Part shown: one piece after another, positions 35,095-46,940 of the stretch
How the letters are laid out: each line of letters begins with the position of its first letter
Position numbering within the stretch: position 1 is the first letter of the stretch
Source of the DNA: Mobula birostris
Lineage: Eukaryota
Direction of reading: 5' to 3'
DNA length: 64,000 nucleotides
Assembly (NCBI RefSeq): GCF_030028105.1
Contig: NC_092378.1
Location: 71,885,672-71,949,671 of the forward strand
Notes under the pieces: model-generated
The model's database searches: none
What the model saw: only the letters and a program-made list of their open reading frames with translations
What the model was told of the DNA's origin: nothing
Position numbers and translations under genes: made by a program

Positions 35095-38000
35095 GCTTCC
35101 AGATTGTCATAGGAAGCAGGAGGAGAGATTGCTGCACCTTTAGTGATGATTATAGGACATAGAACATAGAATAGTACAGTACAGTACAGGCCCTCTGGCC
35201 CACAATGTGTGCCGACGCTCAAACCCTGCCTCCCATATAACCCCCCACCTTAAATTCCTCCATATACCTGTCGAGTAGTCTATTAAATTTCACCAGTGTA
35301 TCTGGCTCCACCACTGACTCATGCACCAACCACTCTCTGAGTAAAAAACCTTTCTCTAATATCCCCCTTAAACTTCCCACCCCTTACCTTAAAGCCATGT
35401 CCTCTTGTATTGAACAGTGGTGCCCTGGGGAAGAGGCGTTGGGTGTCCCCTCTATCTATTCCTCTTAATATCTCGTATACTTCTATCATGTCTCCTCTCA
35501 TCCTCCTTCTCTCCAAAGAGTAAAGCCCTAGCTCCCTTAATCTCTGATCATAATGCATACTCTCTAAACCAGGTAGCATCCTGGTAAATCCCCTCTGTAC
35601 CCTTTCCAATGCTTCTACATCCTTCCTATAGTGAGGTGACCAGAACTGGACACAATACTCCAAGTGTGGCTTAACCAGAGTATTATAGAGCTGCGTCATT
35701 ATCTTGTGACTCTTAAACTCTGTCGTTCAACTTATGAAAGCTAACACTCCATAAGCTTTCTTAACTACCCTATCTACCTGTGAGGCAACTTTCAGGGATC
35801 TGTGGACATGTACCCCCAGATCCCTCTGCTCCTCCACACTACCAAGTATCCTGCCATTTACTTTGTACTCTGCCTTGGAGTTTGTACTTCCAAAGTGTAC
35901 CACCTCACACTTCTCCGGGTTGAACTCCATCTACCACTTCTCAGCCCACTTCTGCATCCTATCAATGTCTCTCTGCAATCTTCCACAATCCTCTACACTA
36001 TCCGCAACACCACCAACCTTTGTGTTGTCTGCAAACTTGCCAACCCACCCTTCTACCCCCACATCCGGGTCGTTAAGAAAAATCACGAAAAGTAGAGGTC
36101 CCAGAACAGATCCTTGTGGGACACCACTAGTCACAACCCTCCAATCCGAATATACTCCCTCCACCATGACTCTCTGCTTTCTGCAGGCAAGCCAATTCTG
36201 AATCCACCTGGCCAAACATCCCTGGATCCCATGCCTTCTGAATTTCTGAATAAGCCTACCGTGTGGAACCTTGTCGAATGCCTTACTAAAATCCATGTAG
36301 ATCACATCCACTGCACTACCCTCATCTATATGCCTGGTCACCTCCTCAAAGAACTCTATCAGGCTTGTTAGACACGATCTGCACTTCACAAAGCCATGCT
36401 GACTGTCCCTGATCAGACCATGATTCTCTAAATGCCCATAGATCCTATCTCTAAGAATCTTTTCCAACAGCTTTCCCACCACAGACGTAAGGCTCACTGG
36501 TCTATAATTACCCGGACTAGCCCTACTACCTTTTTTGAACAAGGGGACAACATTCGCCTCCCTCCAATCCTCCGGTACCATTCCCGTGGATAACGAGGAC
36601 ATAAAGATCCTAGCCAGAGGTTCAGTAATCTTTTCCCTCGCCTCATGGAGCAGCCTGGGGAATATTCCATCAGGCCCCGGGGACTTATCTGTCCTAATGT
36701 ATTTTAACAACTCCAACAGCTCCTCTCCCTTAATATCAACATGCACCAGAACGTCAACCTCACTCATATTGTCCTCACCGTCATCAAGTTCCCTCTCATT
36801 GGTGAATACCAAAGACAAGTATTCATTGATGACCTCGCTCACTTCCACAGCCTCCAGGCACATCTTCCCACCTTTATCTCTAATCGGTCCTACCTTCACT
36901 GCTGTCATCCTTTTTTTCTTCACATAATTGAAGAATGCCTTGGGGCTTTCCTTTACCCTACTCGCCAAGGCCTTCTCATGCCCCCTTCTTGCTCTTCTCA
37001 GCCCCTTCTTAAGCTCCTTTCTTGCTTCCCTATATTCCTCAATAGAACCAGCTGATCCTTGCTTCCTAAACCTCATGATTGTGCTTCACTGGCCACGGGA
37101 GTAGGACCAGAAGACTGGAGGGTGACAAACGTTATTCCTTTGTTCAAGAAAGGTAATAGGAAAAACTCTGGGAATTATAGACCAGTGAGTCTCACATTAG
37201 GAGGGTACAAACTATTGGAAAAGACTCCTGGAGACAGAATTTCTGAGTTTTTGGAAAAGCGTGGTCTGATTAGGGATGGCTTTGAGAGGAGCAGGTCACG
37301 ACTTATGAGCCTGATTGAATTCTTCAAGGATGTGACAGAACAAAGTCATGAAGATAGAAAAACGGATGTGGTGTTCATGGATTTTAGTCAGGTATTTGAC
37401 AAGATTCCACACGGTAGAGTCATTCAGAAATTCAGGAGGCATGGGATCCAGGAAATTTTGGTTGTGTAGATTCAGAATTTACTTGCCCACAGAACACAAA
37501 GTGTGGTAGTACATGGAGCTGTTCTGGGAACCCTGCCCTTTGTGATTTTAGTGAATTACTTAGACAAGGAGGTGGAGGGGTGGGTTAGTATGTCTTCAGA
37601 TGACACAAAGGTCGGAAGAGCTATGGGTAGTGTAGAAGGATGCTGTAGGCTACAACAGGACATTGATAGGATGTAGAGCTGGGCTGAGAAATGGCTATTG
37701 GAGTTCAATCCAGAAAAAGTGTGAAATGATACACTTTGGAAGATCGAATTAGAAAGCAGAGTACAAGGTTAATAGCAAGATTCTTAGCAGTGTAGAGGAA
37801 CAGAGAGGACTTGAAGTATATATCCATAGATCCCTCTATGTTGCTACACAAGTTGATAGGGTGGTTAAGAAGGCATATGATGTGTTGTTCTTAGTAAGTG
37901 GATTGAGGTCAAGAGGCACAAGATATTGTTGCAACTCAATAAAGCTCTGGTTAGACTACACTTGCAAAATTGCGTTCAGTTCTGGTTACCTCATTATAGG

Positions 38001-38473
38001 AAAGACGTGGAAGCTTTAGAACGGGTGCAAAGGAGATTTCCCAGGATGCTGCCTGGATTAGAGAGCACGTCTTATGAAGTTAGGCTGAGCGAGCGAGGGT
38101 CTTTCTCGTTGGAACAACGGATGAGATGTGACTTGAGGGAAGTGTGCAAGGTGAATAGAGGCCTGGATCGAGTGAACAGGCAACACCTTTTTCCGAAACA
38201 ACAAGAGGTAATTGGAGGAAGGTATAGAGGCAATATCAGAGGTAGTTTTTTTTTTACACATAGCATGGTGTGTGCTGGAACACATTGGCAGTAGTACTGC
38301 TGGAGAAAGATACATTAAGGACATTTAAGACATTCATAGACAGACATATGGATGAAAGAAAAATGGAGGGATTTGTGAAAGGGGAGCATTATATTGATCT
38401 TGTAGTTGGTTGAAAGGTCAGCACAACATTGTGGGCCGAAGGGCCTGTTCTGTGCTGTAGTGTTCAATGTTCT
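35095..38473 (+). mobile_element. Older host CR1 (35095-35151 and 37075-38473)
   Basis: EIAAPLVMI resumes as ASLATGVGPEDWRVTNVIPLFKKG; ends gggccgaagggcctgttctgtgctgtag. Confidence 0.85.
35152..37074 (-). mobile_element. 5'-truncated young CR1 (RT), nonsense codons only
   Basis: ORFs 35931-37076, 35727-35930 and 35319-35699 share one frame; FADN replaces FADD; ATGATT duplicated at 35146-35151 and 37075-37080. Confidence 0.92.
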
Positions 38474-39184
38474 TTCAGGTAGCTTGACTGAACATGTTGT
38501 TTAAAGAGTGTAACTATTCATAGCAGAGAGGGGTGAGGCCAGCCTTTGGTTCTTGTGCAGAACTGAGGTAATGGAGCCCAGGTCAATGCCTAACAACTTG
38601 ACCACTTGGATTTTCTATCAGGGTTGTGGGCAAAATTTTCAGATCAGAATAAAAAGCAAACCACGGACTTCTGGCACCAGTTCTGTAAATAAGGCTGATT
38701 TGGTCATGCACAGACCTTGGATTTAGAACTGAAGATTCAACACCACCACCGGGAACTTCAGCAGAAAAGTTCAAGGCAGTTAATTATTACCTTTAGTTAG
38801 ATATTGATGGAGCGTTACACTTCTGCAGGTGCTATTTACCAGCTGAGATACTTCACCAAGGTTCTGCCTACTTGATCAGAGAGTTACAAAAAGGCCTGGT
38901 GACAGCATTTTGAAGAAGAATAGAAAACTCTTCCTGGGACAATACTCTCCAAAAGCTGAAATAACCACAGACAATGTCTGAATTAATCAGAAAATATTGA
39001 TGGAGAAAGAAAAACAGAGACAATATGATGGGAGATTATCAGCCTGAAATATTACATTTGTTCCCATCTCCACAATGAACTGCTGAGTAATCCCATCATT
39101 TTCCACCAATTTATATTTTCATATCTCATGTGCAAAGTGACTGCCGCATTCCCTCATTGAAATGTTGATAATGCTGAAAAGGAT

Positions 39185-39475
39185 ACATGATAGGTTATTT
39201 GACACGTACATCAAGCCATCAAAATGTATTGTGTCATGTCAATAACCAGTCGAAGGATATGCTGGGGCAGCCACAAAAGTCACCACCATTCTTGTGCCCA
39301 CGTACCATGCCCTCAAATTCCCATCCCTATCATGTACGTCTTTACAATGTGGGAGGAACGGAGCGGCTGGGAAAACCCACGCGATGGTGGAGAGAACATA
39401 CAAACTCCATACAGACAACAGCAAGAATTGAACCCAGGTCACTGCAGTTGTAAAGTGTTATGCTAACTGCTACAG
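39185..39475 (-). mobile_element. tRNA-derived SINE
   Basis: GGGTTCAATTC B-box on minus strand, shared body. Confidence 0.65.
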
Positions 39476-40617
39476 GAGCTTATTCATATCATATCCATAG
39501 TGCTGAGGAAGATTATGTCTGCAGAAGAACAGATAAATTAGAGGAAGCAGCAAAGAATTGGCAGATAGGGAAAGAAGTGTCTGGTCATGCACTTTGGCGG
39601 AAGGAATAAAGGTGTGGACTATTTTTCTAAATGGGAACAATGCTCAAAAAATCAGAGATAAGACCATAAGACCATAAGACCATAAGACATAGGAGCAGAA
39701 TTACATGGTTCAGCCTGTCAAGTTTGCTCCACCATTTTATCATGGCTGATTCCAGATCCCATTCAACCCTGTACACCTGCCCTCTCACCATAGCCCTTGA
39801 TGTCCTGACCAATCAGGAATCTATCAACTACCGCTTTGAATATACCTATGGACTTGGCCTCCACTGCTGTAGGTAGCTGAGCATTCCACAGATTCACCAC
39901 TCTTTGGCTAAAAAAATTCCTGCTTTTTTCTGTTCTAAAATGTCACCCTTCAATTTTGACACTGTGCCCTCCAGGTCTCCATACCCCCACCAGAGGGAAC
40001 ATCCTCTCCACATCCACCCTGTCTAGTCCTATCAACATTTGGTAGGTTTCAATGAGATCGCCATACGTTCTTCTATGTTCCAGTGAGTACAGACCCAAAG
40101 CTGCCAAACACTGCTCATAAGTTAACCCCTTCATTTCTGGAATAATCCTCATGAACCTCTCTGGACTCTCTCTAATGACAATAAATTCTTTCTGAGATAT
40201 GGGGCCCAAAAATGTTGACAATACTCCAAGTGCGGCCTGATTAGGGTTTTATAAAGCTTCAGCATTATCTCCTTGTTTTTATATTCTATTCCCCTTGAAA
40301 TGAATGCCAAGATTGCATTTGTCTTCCGTACAACAGACTCAATCTGTAAACTAACCTTCTGGGAGTCTTGCACAGGAACTCCTAAGTCCCTTTGCACCTC
40401 TGATATTTGAATCTTCCCCCCCTCCACTTTGTTTCTTTTACCAAAATGCATTATGATATATTTCCCAACATTGTATTCCATTTGCCACTTTTTTGCCCAT
40501 TCTTCCAATTTGTCTAGGTCCTGCTGCAATCACATTGCGTCCTCAGCACTACCTACCCCTCCACCTATCTTTGTATAATCCCAACACTTTGCCACAAAGC
40601 CAGCAATTCCATTATCT

Positions 40618-40934
40618 TAGAAAAAGAGATCCGTTAGTCTTATGAGACCATGGATCTGCCCCTGGAAAGTCTTCACTCTCCAGGCCGCAGGCCTGGGCAA
40701 CGTTGTATGGAAGACCAGCAATTGCCCATGCTGTAAGCATCCCCTCTCCACGACACCAATGTTGTCCAAGGGAAGGGCATTAGGACCCATACAGCCTGGC
40801 ACCAGTGTCGTCGCAGAGCAATGTGTGATTAAGTGCCTTGCTCAAGGACACACCACATTGTCTCGACCGGGGCTCAAACTCACGACCTTCAGGTCACTTG
40901 TCCAATGCCTTAACCACTTGGTCAGGTGCCCACA
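40618..40934 (-). mobile_element. tRNA-derived CORE-like SINE with 14-bp TSD
   Basis: CAATTCCATTATCT at 40604-40617 and 40935-40948; A-box TGACCAAGTGG, B-box GAGTTTGAGCCC, tgtgtccttgagcaaggcacttaa core. Confidence 0.85.
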
Positions 40935-41085
40935 CAATTCCATTATCTAAATAATTGACAAGCCATGTGAAAGGTAGCAGTCCCAACACTGACCCCTAAG
41001 GAACACCACTAGTCATTGGCAGCCAAGCAGAAAATATTCCCACACACTGTCTCCTGCCTGTCAGCCATTCCGCTAGCCATGCCAG

Positions 41086-41805
41086 ATACAAAGCCAATGA
41101 AATGCAGTTAGCATCTGACCAGAAATGCAAAGAATAGTGTTATTTGCAAAATAACTGCGAATAAAAAGTAAGTGCTACAGCACACAAATATAAAAGTACT
41201 GAGACAGTACAATACGGATGCAATACTGCTTGGCGCTGTGATGTGAGGTTCAGCAGTGTCACAGCCTCAGGGAAGAAGCTCTTCCTGTGCCTGCTGGTGC
41301 GGGAGCGGAGGCTCCTGTAGCACCTACCGGATGGGAGAAGAGTAAAAAGTCCATGGTTAGGGTGAGATGCATCTTTGATAATGCTTTTCACCCTGCCCAG
41401 GCAGCGTTTATGGTAGATATTCTCAATGGTGGGTAATTAGGTGCTGATAATTACTGGGCAGTTTTCATCACACACTGGAGTGTTTTGCGGTCCAATATGG
41501 GACAATTGCCATACTGCAGTTGGTGAGTATGCTCTCAATGGTACAGCGGTAAAAGAATCTAGTTTATTATCACCCCGTGTCACGTTAATTTGTTAACTTA
41601 GCCGCAGCAGTTCAGTGCAATACATAATCTAGCAGAGAGAAAAAGATGATAATAATAAATAAAATAAAACATAATAATAAATAAACAAATAAATCAATTA
41701 CATATATTGAATAGATTATTAAAAACTGTGCAGAAACAGGAATACTGTATATTAAAAAAGTGAGGTAGCTTCAAAGTCCATTTGGGAATCAGATGGCAGA
41801 GAAGA
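41086..41805 (-). mobile_element. Two adjacent Rex-type LINE 3' fragments (41086-41555, 41556-41805)
   Basis: SIIKDASHPNHGLFTLLPSGRCYRSL...SFFPEAV; second matches the 3'UTR at 11470-12070. Confidence 0.75.
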
Positions 41806-42599
41806 AGTCACCAAGTTGCCCAAAATCTCGTCCCTTAATAATGGACTCCAACACTTCCCTAACCACTGAGGTTAGGCTAACTGGACTATAACTTCTTCTC
41901 TTTTGTCTTTCCTCCTTCTTAAAGAATGGAGTGGCATTTACCATTTTCCAGTCCTCTGGAACCATGCTAGAATCAAGTGATTCTTGAAAGATCATAACAA
42001 ATGCATCCATTATCTCTTCAGCAATCTATTTCAGAACTCTAGGATGTAGTCCAACAGGTTCAGGTGACTTATCCACCTAAAGTCCTTTGAGTTTGCCTAG
42101 CACTTTTTTCCTTTGTAATAGCAATGGCACTCACTCCTGCTCCCTGACACACATAGACCTCTGGTATGCAGCTAGTGTCATCCACAGTGAAGGCTAAAGC
42201 AAATTACTTATTAAGTTCATCTGCCATTTCCTTGTCTCCTATTACTACCTCACCAGCATCATTTTCCTGGGGTCCAAAATCCACTCTCACCCCACTTTTA
42301 TTCCTTATATAACTGAAAAAAATTTTAGTACCCTGCTTTATATTATTGGCTAGTTTGCCCTCATATTTCATCTTCTCCCTTCTTATAGCTTTTTTGGTTG
42401 CCTTTTTTCTGGATTTTAAAATGATGCAGAGTGACCTGAGAGTCCTTGTGCAGGATTCCCCAAAGTTTAACCTGCAGGTTGAATTGGTGGTAAGGAAGGC
42501 AAATATAATGTTAGCATTAATTTTGGGAGGACTAGAATTACAAAATTTCCAAGAGGACCACAACCCTTTCCTAGGGTTTGGAGCCTTTCACGTCTCAAT

Positions 42600-42800
42600 A
42601 ACCCAGAGAGCTATATTGGCAGGAGTTAGGACTTTATGCTTTGGTTCTTGGTAGGGTCACCTATGTCAAACAGGTCAAAGGTAGAAACCAGACAAATAGT
42701 TACCCAGCAGTCCTCCAGGTTCAGGGATTCAGCTCAGGGCTAACAGCTCTGACTGGGAAAGCAAAATTGCTAAGGAAACAGCAATGAAGTATCTTTCTAC
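42600..42800 (+). mobile_element. Possible RTE-type LINE 5' fragment
   Basis: gtcctccaggttcaggg...agggctaacagc resembles RTE 5'UTR motifs from memory. Confidence 0.3.
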
Positions 42801-45800
42801 ATCTAGGTGTGATGGTAATCGGGGGTCTGCAAAAGCCAACACTGGTGCCTGGGTCAGGAGCTCCTTCAGCGACTGAAAGGTCTCTTCACATAACATATCC
42901 CAGTTCGGTCCAAAAGGCTCCAAAGGGCTAAGATACTCTTTACCCTCCTGTCCTTTTGTTCTTCTCCCTTTCTTCCCCAAGGGAGGGTAACCACACAGAA
43001 GCTGATTTAAAGGGTGAGCCACTTTCACATAGCCCTTCACGAACCTCCGATACTAACCACAAAACCCGAGGAATGAGCACAAAGTGCTGACAGTCTGAGG
43101 CCTTGCCCTTGTGGTCACTGCCTCTATCTTAGACAGATCTGTAACTACTCCAACCTGTGAGACTATGTGCCCAACAGAGCTGACAGACATCTTGCAGAAC
43201 TGGCACTTGTCCAGGGAAAGTTTTAACCCTTCAGCTTTCAGTCAGCCCAGCACCTTCAGTAGCCTCACTTCATGTTCTTCCAAGGTGGACCCAAACACTG
43301 AGGTCATCCAGGTACACCAATACCTCAAGCAAGTTCATATCTCCCACCATTTTCTCCATGACATGCTGGAAACTTGCTGGGGCTCCCGATATGCCCTGGG
43401 GCTTCCTTTCAAACTGGAAGAATCCCAGTGTTCATATGAATACCTTCTTCTCTTTGTCAGCCTCACTCATGGGGATCTGGTAATATCCACTCCTCAAGTC
43501 CAGCACACTGAACTACTTCGCACCATTCAGTCAGGCCAGCGCATCTTCGATCCTCAGGACTGTATACTGGTCGGGGACAGTATGCCTGTTCAGAGTCCTA
43601 TAGTCCACACACATCCATACCTTCCCATTCTTCTTTCTGGTCACTACTACTGGGGACACATAGGGGCTTCTGGATTCAGTGGTGATCCCAGCTTCCTTCA
43701 ACTTACACAAATGCTGTCGAATATCTTCCACCTCTGCAGAGGCCAGTCGCCGTGACCTCTCTCTGAACGGGGTGTCCTTGGTCACCCGGATAGTATGACA
43801 ACTGCTCTTGGAACAACCCACATCAAACTTGTCATTGGAAAAGACACCTTCCAGCTTTAACATATTCTCTATCAACCTCCTCTTCCAACCCACAGGTACC
43901 GGGGAGTCCCCAAAGTTGAATGACTCAACGGCCAACTTTCCCCCTTTTCAGATCGTTTCTCCCCAGCTTGTCTTATAGGGACACTAGACATACCATCACC
44001 AGGAAGACATGCACCAGGGGCATCTCCCTCTTGAAGGTGACCTCTCTCTTTGCAGTGTTCCTGACGATCACGGCCATCCTGTTCGCCTGTACAACTGAGG
44101 GCTTCTGCAGTTCGGGCCTCATCAGTACCCCAGCAGGTATGCCCGACTCCTCTCTGTGGCCTTCCGGAGCGTCCACTAAGAGGGCCCCACCCTCAGGCAT
44201 TCCGGGAAATTTGGGGGTCCCCATCACTCTCACTACTTCCCCGGGCCGTACGACCATTGGCTTTGACTGGATGAACCACACAGTTTATCATCTAAATTTG
44301 GTATCCGGCCCAATGCAGCCACGCACTTCCTCAGAAGCAGCTCAAAACACTGGGTGAATAGATAATGTTCTCAGAAATCTCCCTCCAGCTTTCTCCTTGC
44401 AGGCCTCCATGAGCCCCCTCACAAGAGTGGTGTGGGTCCCCAAAAGAATTGAAATACCACCCTTCTCAACGGGGTCCAGACAAACCAGCACTAACATATC
44501 AAAGACCTCATCCACTCTTACATCGGCCTTTGAAAACTCCAGCTTCGCTGACAAATAACCATCATACGGATGATCACCCACATTAAGACTCCAGATCTCT
44601 CGGGCACTGAGAGGCGTCAATGGTAAATACATCAAATACTGGTTGTAAAATGAACGGTGTAGCAAAGTGACCTGCGACCCTGTGTTGAGTATGGCTCTCG
44701 CGTAAATACCCTCTATCTGTAGCAATACATTGGAGCTTGGCCCCACTACGCCTTCAAGAATAGGGTTTTTTGCTTTCAAGTGTCCCTTGATATATTGCTG
44801 GGACATGTTCCCCCCTCAGACACCAGGCCGTTCCCTCACTGGGTCTCCTCTCCTCTAAGTTTCCCGACATCTCTCTCTGGTTACGTACCCGGCGACTCAC
44901 TCTCTGAGGGGTTTCGTGTCGTTCACACTCCCGCCTGAAGTTTCCCTCTTCACCACAGTTATAACAGACAGTACCGGCCGCTCCCCTTCTCGTGGAACCC
45001 TGGTCACCTGCAGCCCTCTGCGTAGTCCGTCCCCTGAGGAGGTCTGCCCCTCTATCGGTTCCATCATACAGGTGGGGCCACACCCGCTGATAACAACTGG
45101 GACATCTCAGTTCTCAACCCTGCCACGACCTCCTTTATCATTCTCCAGGTTGGTCAACACAGGGGGCTACTACCGAGGTCTGTACCCTGCTGATGGAACC
45201 CTCCCACACCTCCGACGCATTCTCCTCCTCCTGTACTTCTCTGATCAGCTCAACAAACAAGGGAAGGGGGTCCGTCTTATGAGAAAGTCAGAGACCCCAA
45301 GCGATCAAGTCCTGGGACTGGGAGCTCTTTGCTATTTGGTCCATTCTTTACTGTTCCTCCTCCGCCATCTGAATGCAAACAAATTAGCTGTCTTTCTGGC
45401 CAAAAGATTTAGGCAGAGAGCTTCTCCCCTTCTCTTGACGCATGTTCTGAAACCCTGTCATCAGCTCCATTAGGCTCCCTGTCCTGCCAAATGCATCTTC
45501 TAGTGCTTGTATGTAAGCGGCTGCAGTGGCAAGAGGGTACTGGGACTTTATGGCTCTCACAATGTCAGCAGCCCGCCCCCTCAACCAATCTCTGTCTCTT
45601 TACATCATCAGAGCACTGCCACTCATCTAACAACTGAGTGGCCTGTTCTGCCCAAGTCTCATACTCCTCTTTCACCTTGTGGGGTGGGCATTATTCCAGA
45701 GAATATTCTTACCTTCTGATAACCAGGACCCCCTGCCTGTGAATGGGGAGTTTATTCGGCAGAGAGGTAAGGGCTAATACCAATGCAGAAGTCTCACTTT

Positions 45801-46311
45801 TCACTGAGGGACAGGGACTAAATGGACATTCCAAATCCAACCACTCCTTCCCCTCACTCCTCAGAAACGAGAGAACCCTGTCTTTGAAGTATCCCCACCC
45901 CCCCATCCAGCTACAGGAAACTCTACTCGTGATTCAATCCGCTCCTCCTCCCAGAAAGTATGGACAGCCCACAGCCCCCCTCCACAACCGGGGGCCCAGT
46001 AGTACCAGGCAGTTCCACTGCCATTACGTCAGCACTAGTCTGAACTGAAACAAGGTCTGTGCCCATCATTTTATCAAACCTCCACCGCACAATCGTAACT
46101 TTCCCTACAGCTTTAACAGTACTTAAAATTCAAATTAACAATTAATCCAGAGTGCAAATATCTACCCCACTCAACACGCACGCATTAGTTACTAGTAACC
46201 CCGTGGATGCACACCACCACTCCACCCCACAGCATCCATACTAGCACAGACTTAAACACACAGCCCACTGGTTCAATGTTCAGGGCAATCACACAGCATC
46301 CAACAGAATCA

Positions 46312-46329
46312 ATCCCAGGTAAGCCCCCA
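46312..46329 (-). promoter_or_regulatory. Primer-binding site, tRNA-Pro type
   Basis: TGGGGGCTTACCTGGGAT versus canonical Pro PBS TGGGGGCTCGTCCGGGAT, 4 nt from the LTR end. Confidence 0.7.
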
Positions 46330-46333
46330 CACT

Positions 46334-46940
46334 TGTAACCCTCAGGGTCGACCAGCGGTGTTAGTCTAGGGAAGACAGTCTCTGGTCCCGCCAAAAGTGT
46401 GAAATCTGAGGTGTAAAACCTCCTGTTTGTGTGGATGCTGTGTGATATATTCTCCTGTTACAAATCAGTACCACAAAATAACAGAAAGTACACTATATAC
46501 AATTAAACGATTTAGCTCTATAATTCTTAATTTGACTAAGGAGTTAGCAAAAAAAAACAAAAAGAAAAGGGCCCATTTTAATGAAACAGTCTAATGTGCA
46601 CGTTGGAGCTCACGGTTTCCCTTCCGTTAGTCCTCCATCAATTTCCCTGAGCTTCATTAACTCCTGGCCCTACTCCAAGTCCACTTTGTCCCGTTGTCTA
46701 CAGCCTCCACTTTCTGGCGTCTTCTCTCTTCATTTCTCGCCGAACAAAAGTCCCAGATCACCTTGTTCTCAGGCATACAACAAGGAAAAAGCACTCCCTT
46801 CATTGGACGGCACACATTCCAAAGTCCCCGTTATCTCTAGCCATAACCCAAACACTGCTGCTACAGAAAAAACATTACATTAGCAGTGCTTCTCAGAAAG
46901 ACCATTACATTAGCAGTGAAACCTTTCCCAGAGCATTACA
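46334..46940 (-). mobile_element. 5' LTR (~607 bp)
   Basis: TGTAA...TTACA termini next to the PBS; short internal repeat cattacattagcagtg twice. Confidence 0.8.

Larger units (their letters stand above)
39660..42422 (-). mobile_element. 5'-truncated CR1, itself interrupted by a SINE and two Rex fragments
   Basis: (TCTTATGG)n tail; QQDLDKLEEWAKKWQMEYN, RPHLEYC, VPEDWKMVNATPFFKK. Confidence 0.88.
39505..42545 (+). mobile_element. Older host CR1 fragment (39505-39659 and 42423-42545)
   Basis: ...caaaaaatcagagat resumes as gatgcagagtgacctgagagtcc (SEMQSDLRVLV). Confidence 0.7.
42810..46940 (-). mobile_element. Ty3/Gypsy LTR retrotransposon 5' half (LTR-PBS-gag-pro-RT), decayed and 3'-truncated
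   Basis: PNMA-like gag, knuckle CYNCGEEGNFRREC, protease AILNTGSQVT, RT SPVVVTRKKNGKVWMCVDYRTLN, linker FQSLKELLTQAPVLAFAD. Confidence 0.9.

Noticed and set aside
40860-40934. tRNA-like sequence
   Set aside because: Head of a TSD-flanked SINE, not a tRNA gene; the same applies to the other SINE heads
43111-43755. 214-aa plus-strand ORF and similar ORFs (28496-29098, 44916-45473, 50219-50716)
   Set aside because: Antisense shadows of retroelement coding regions
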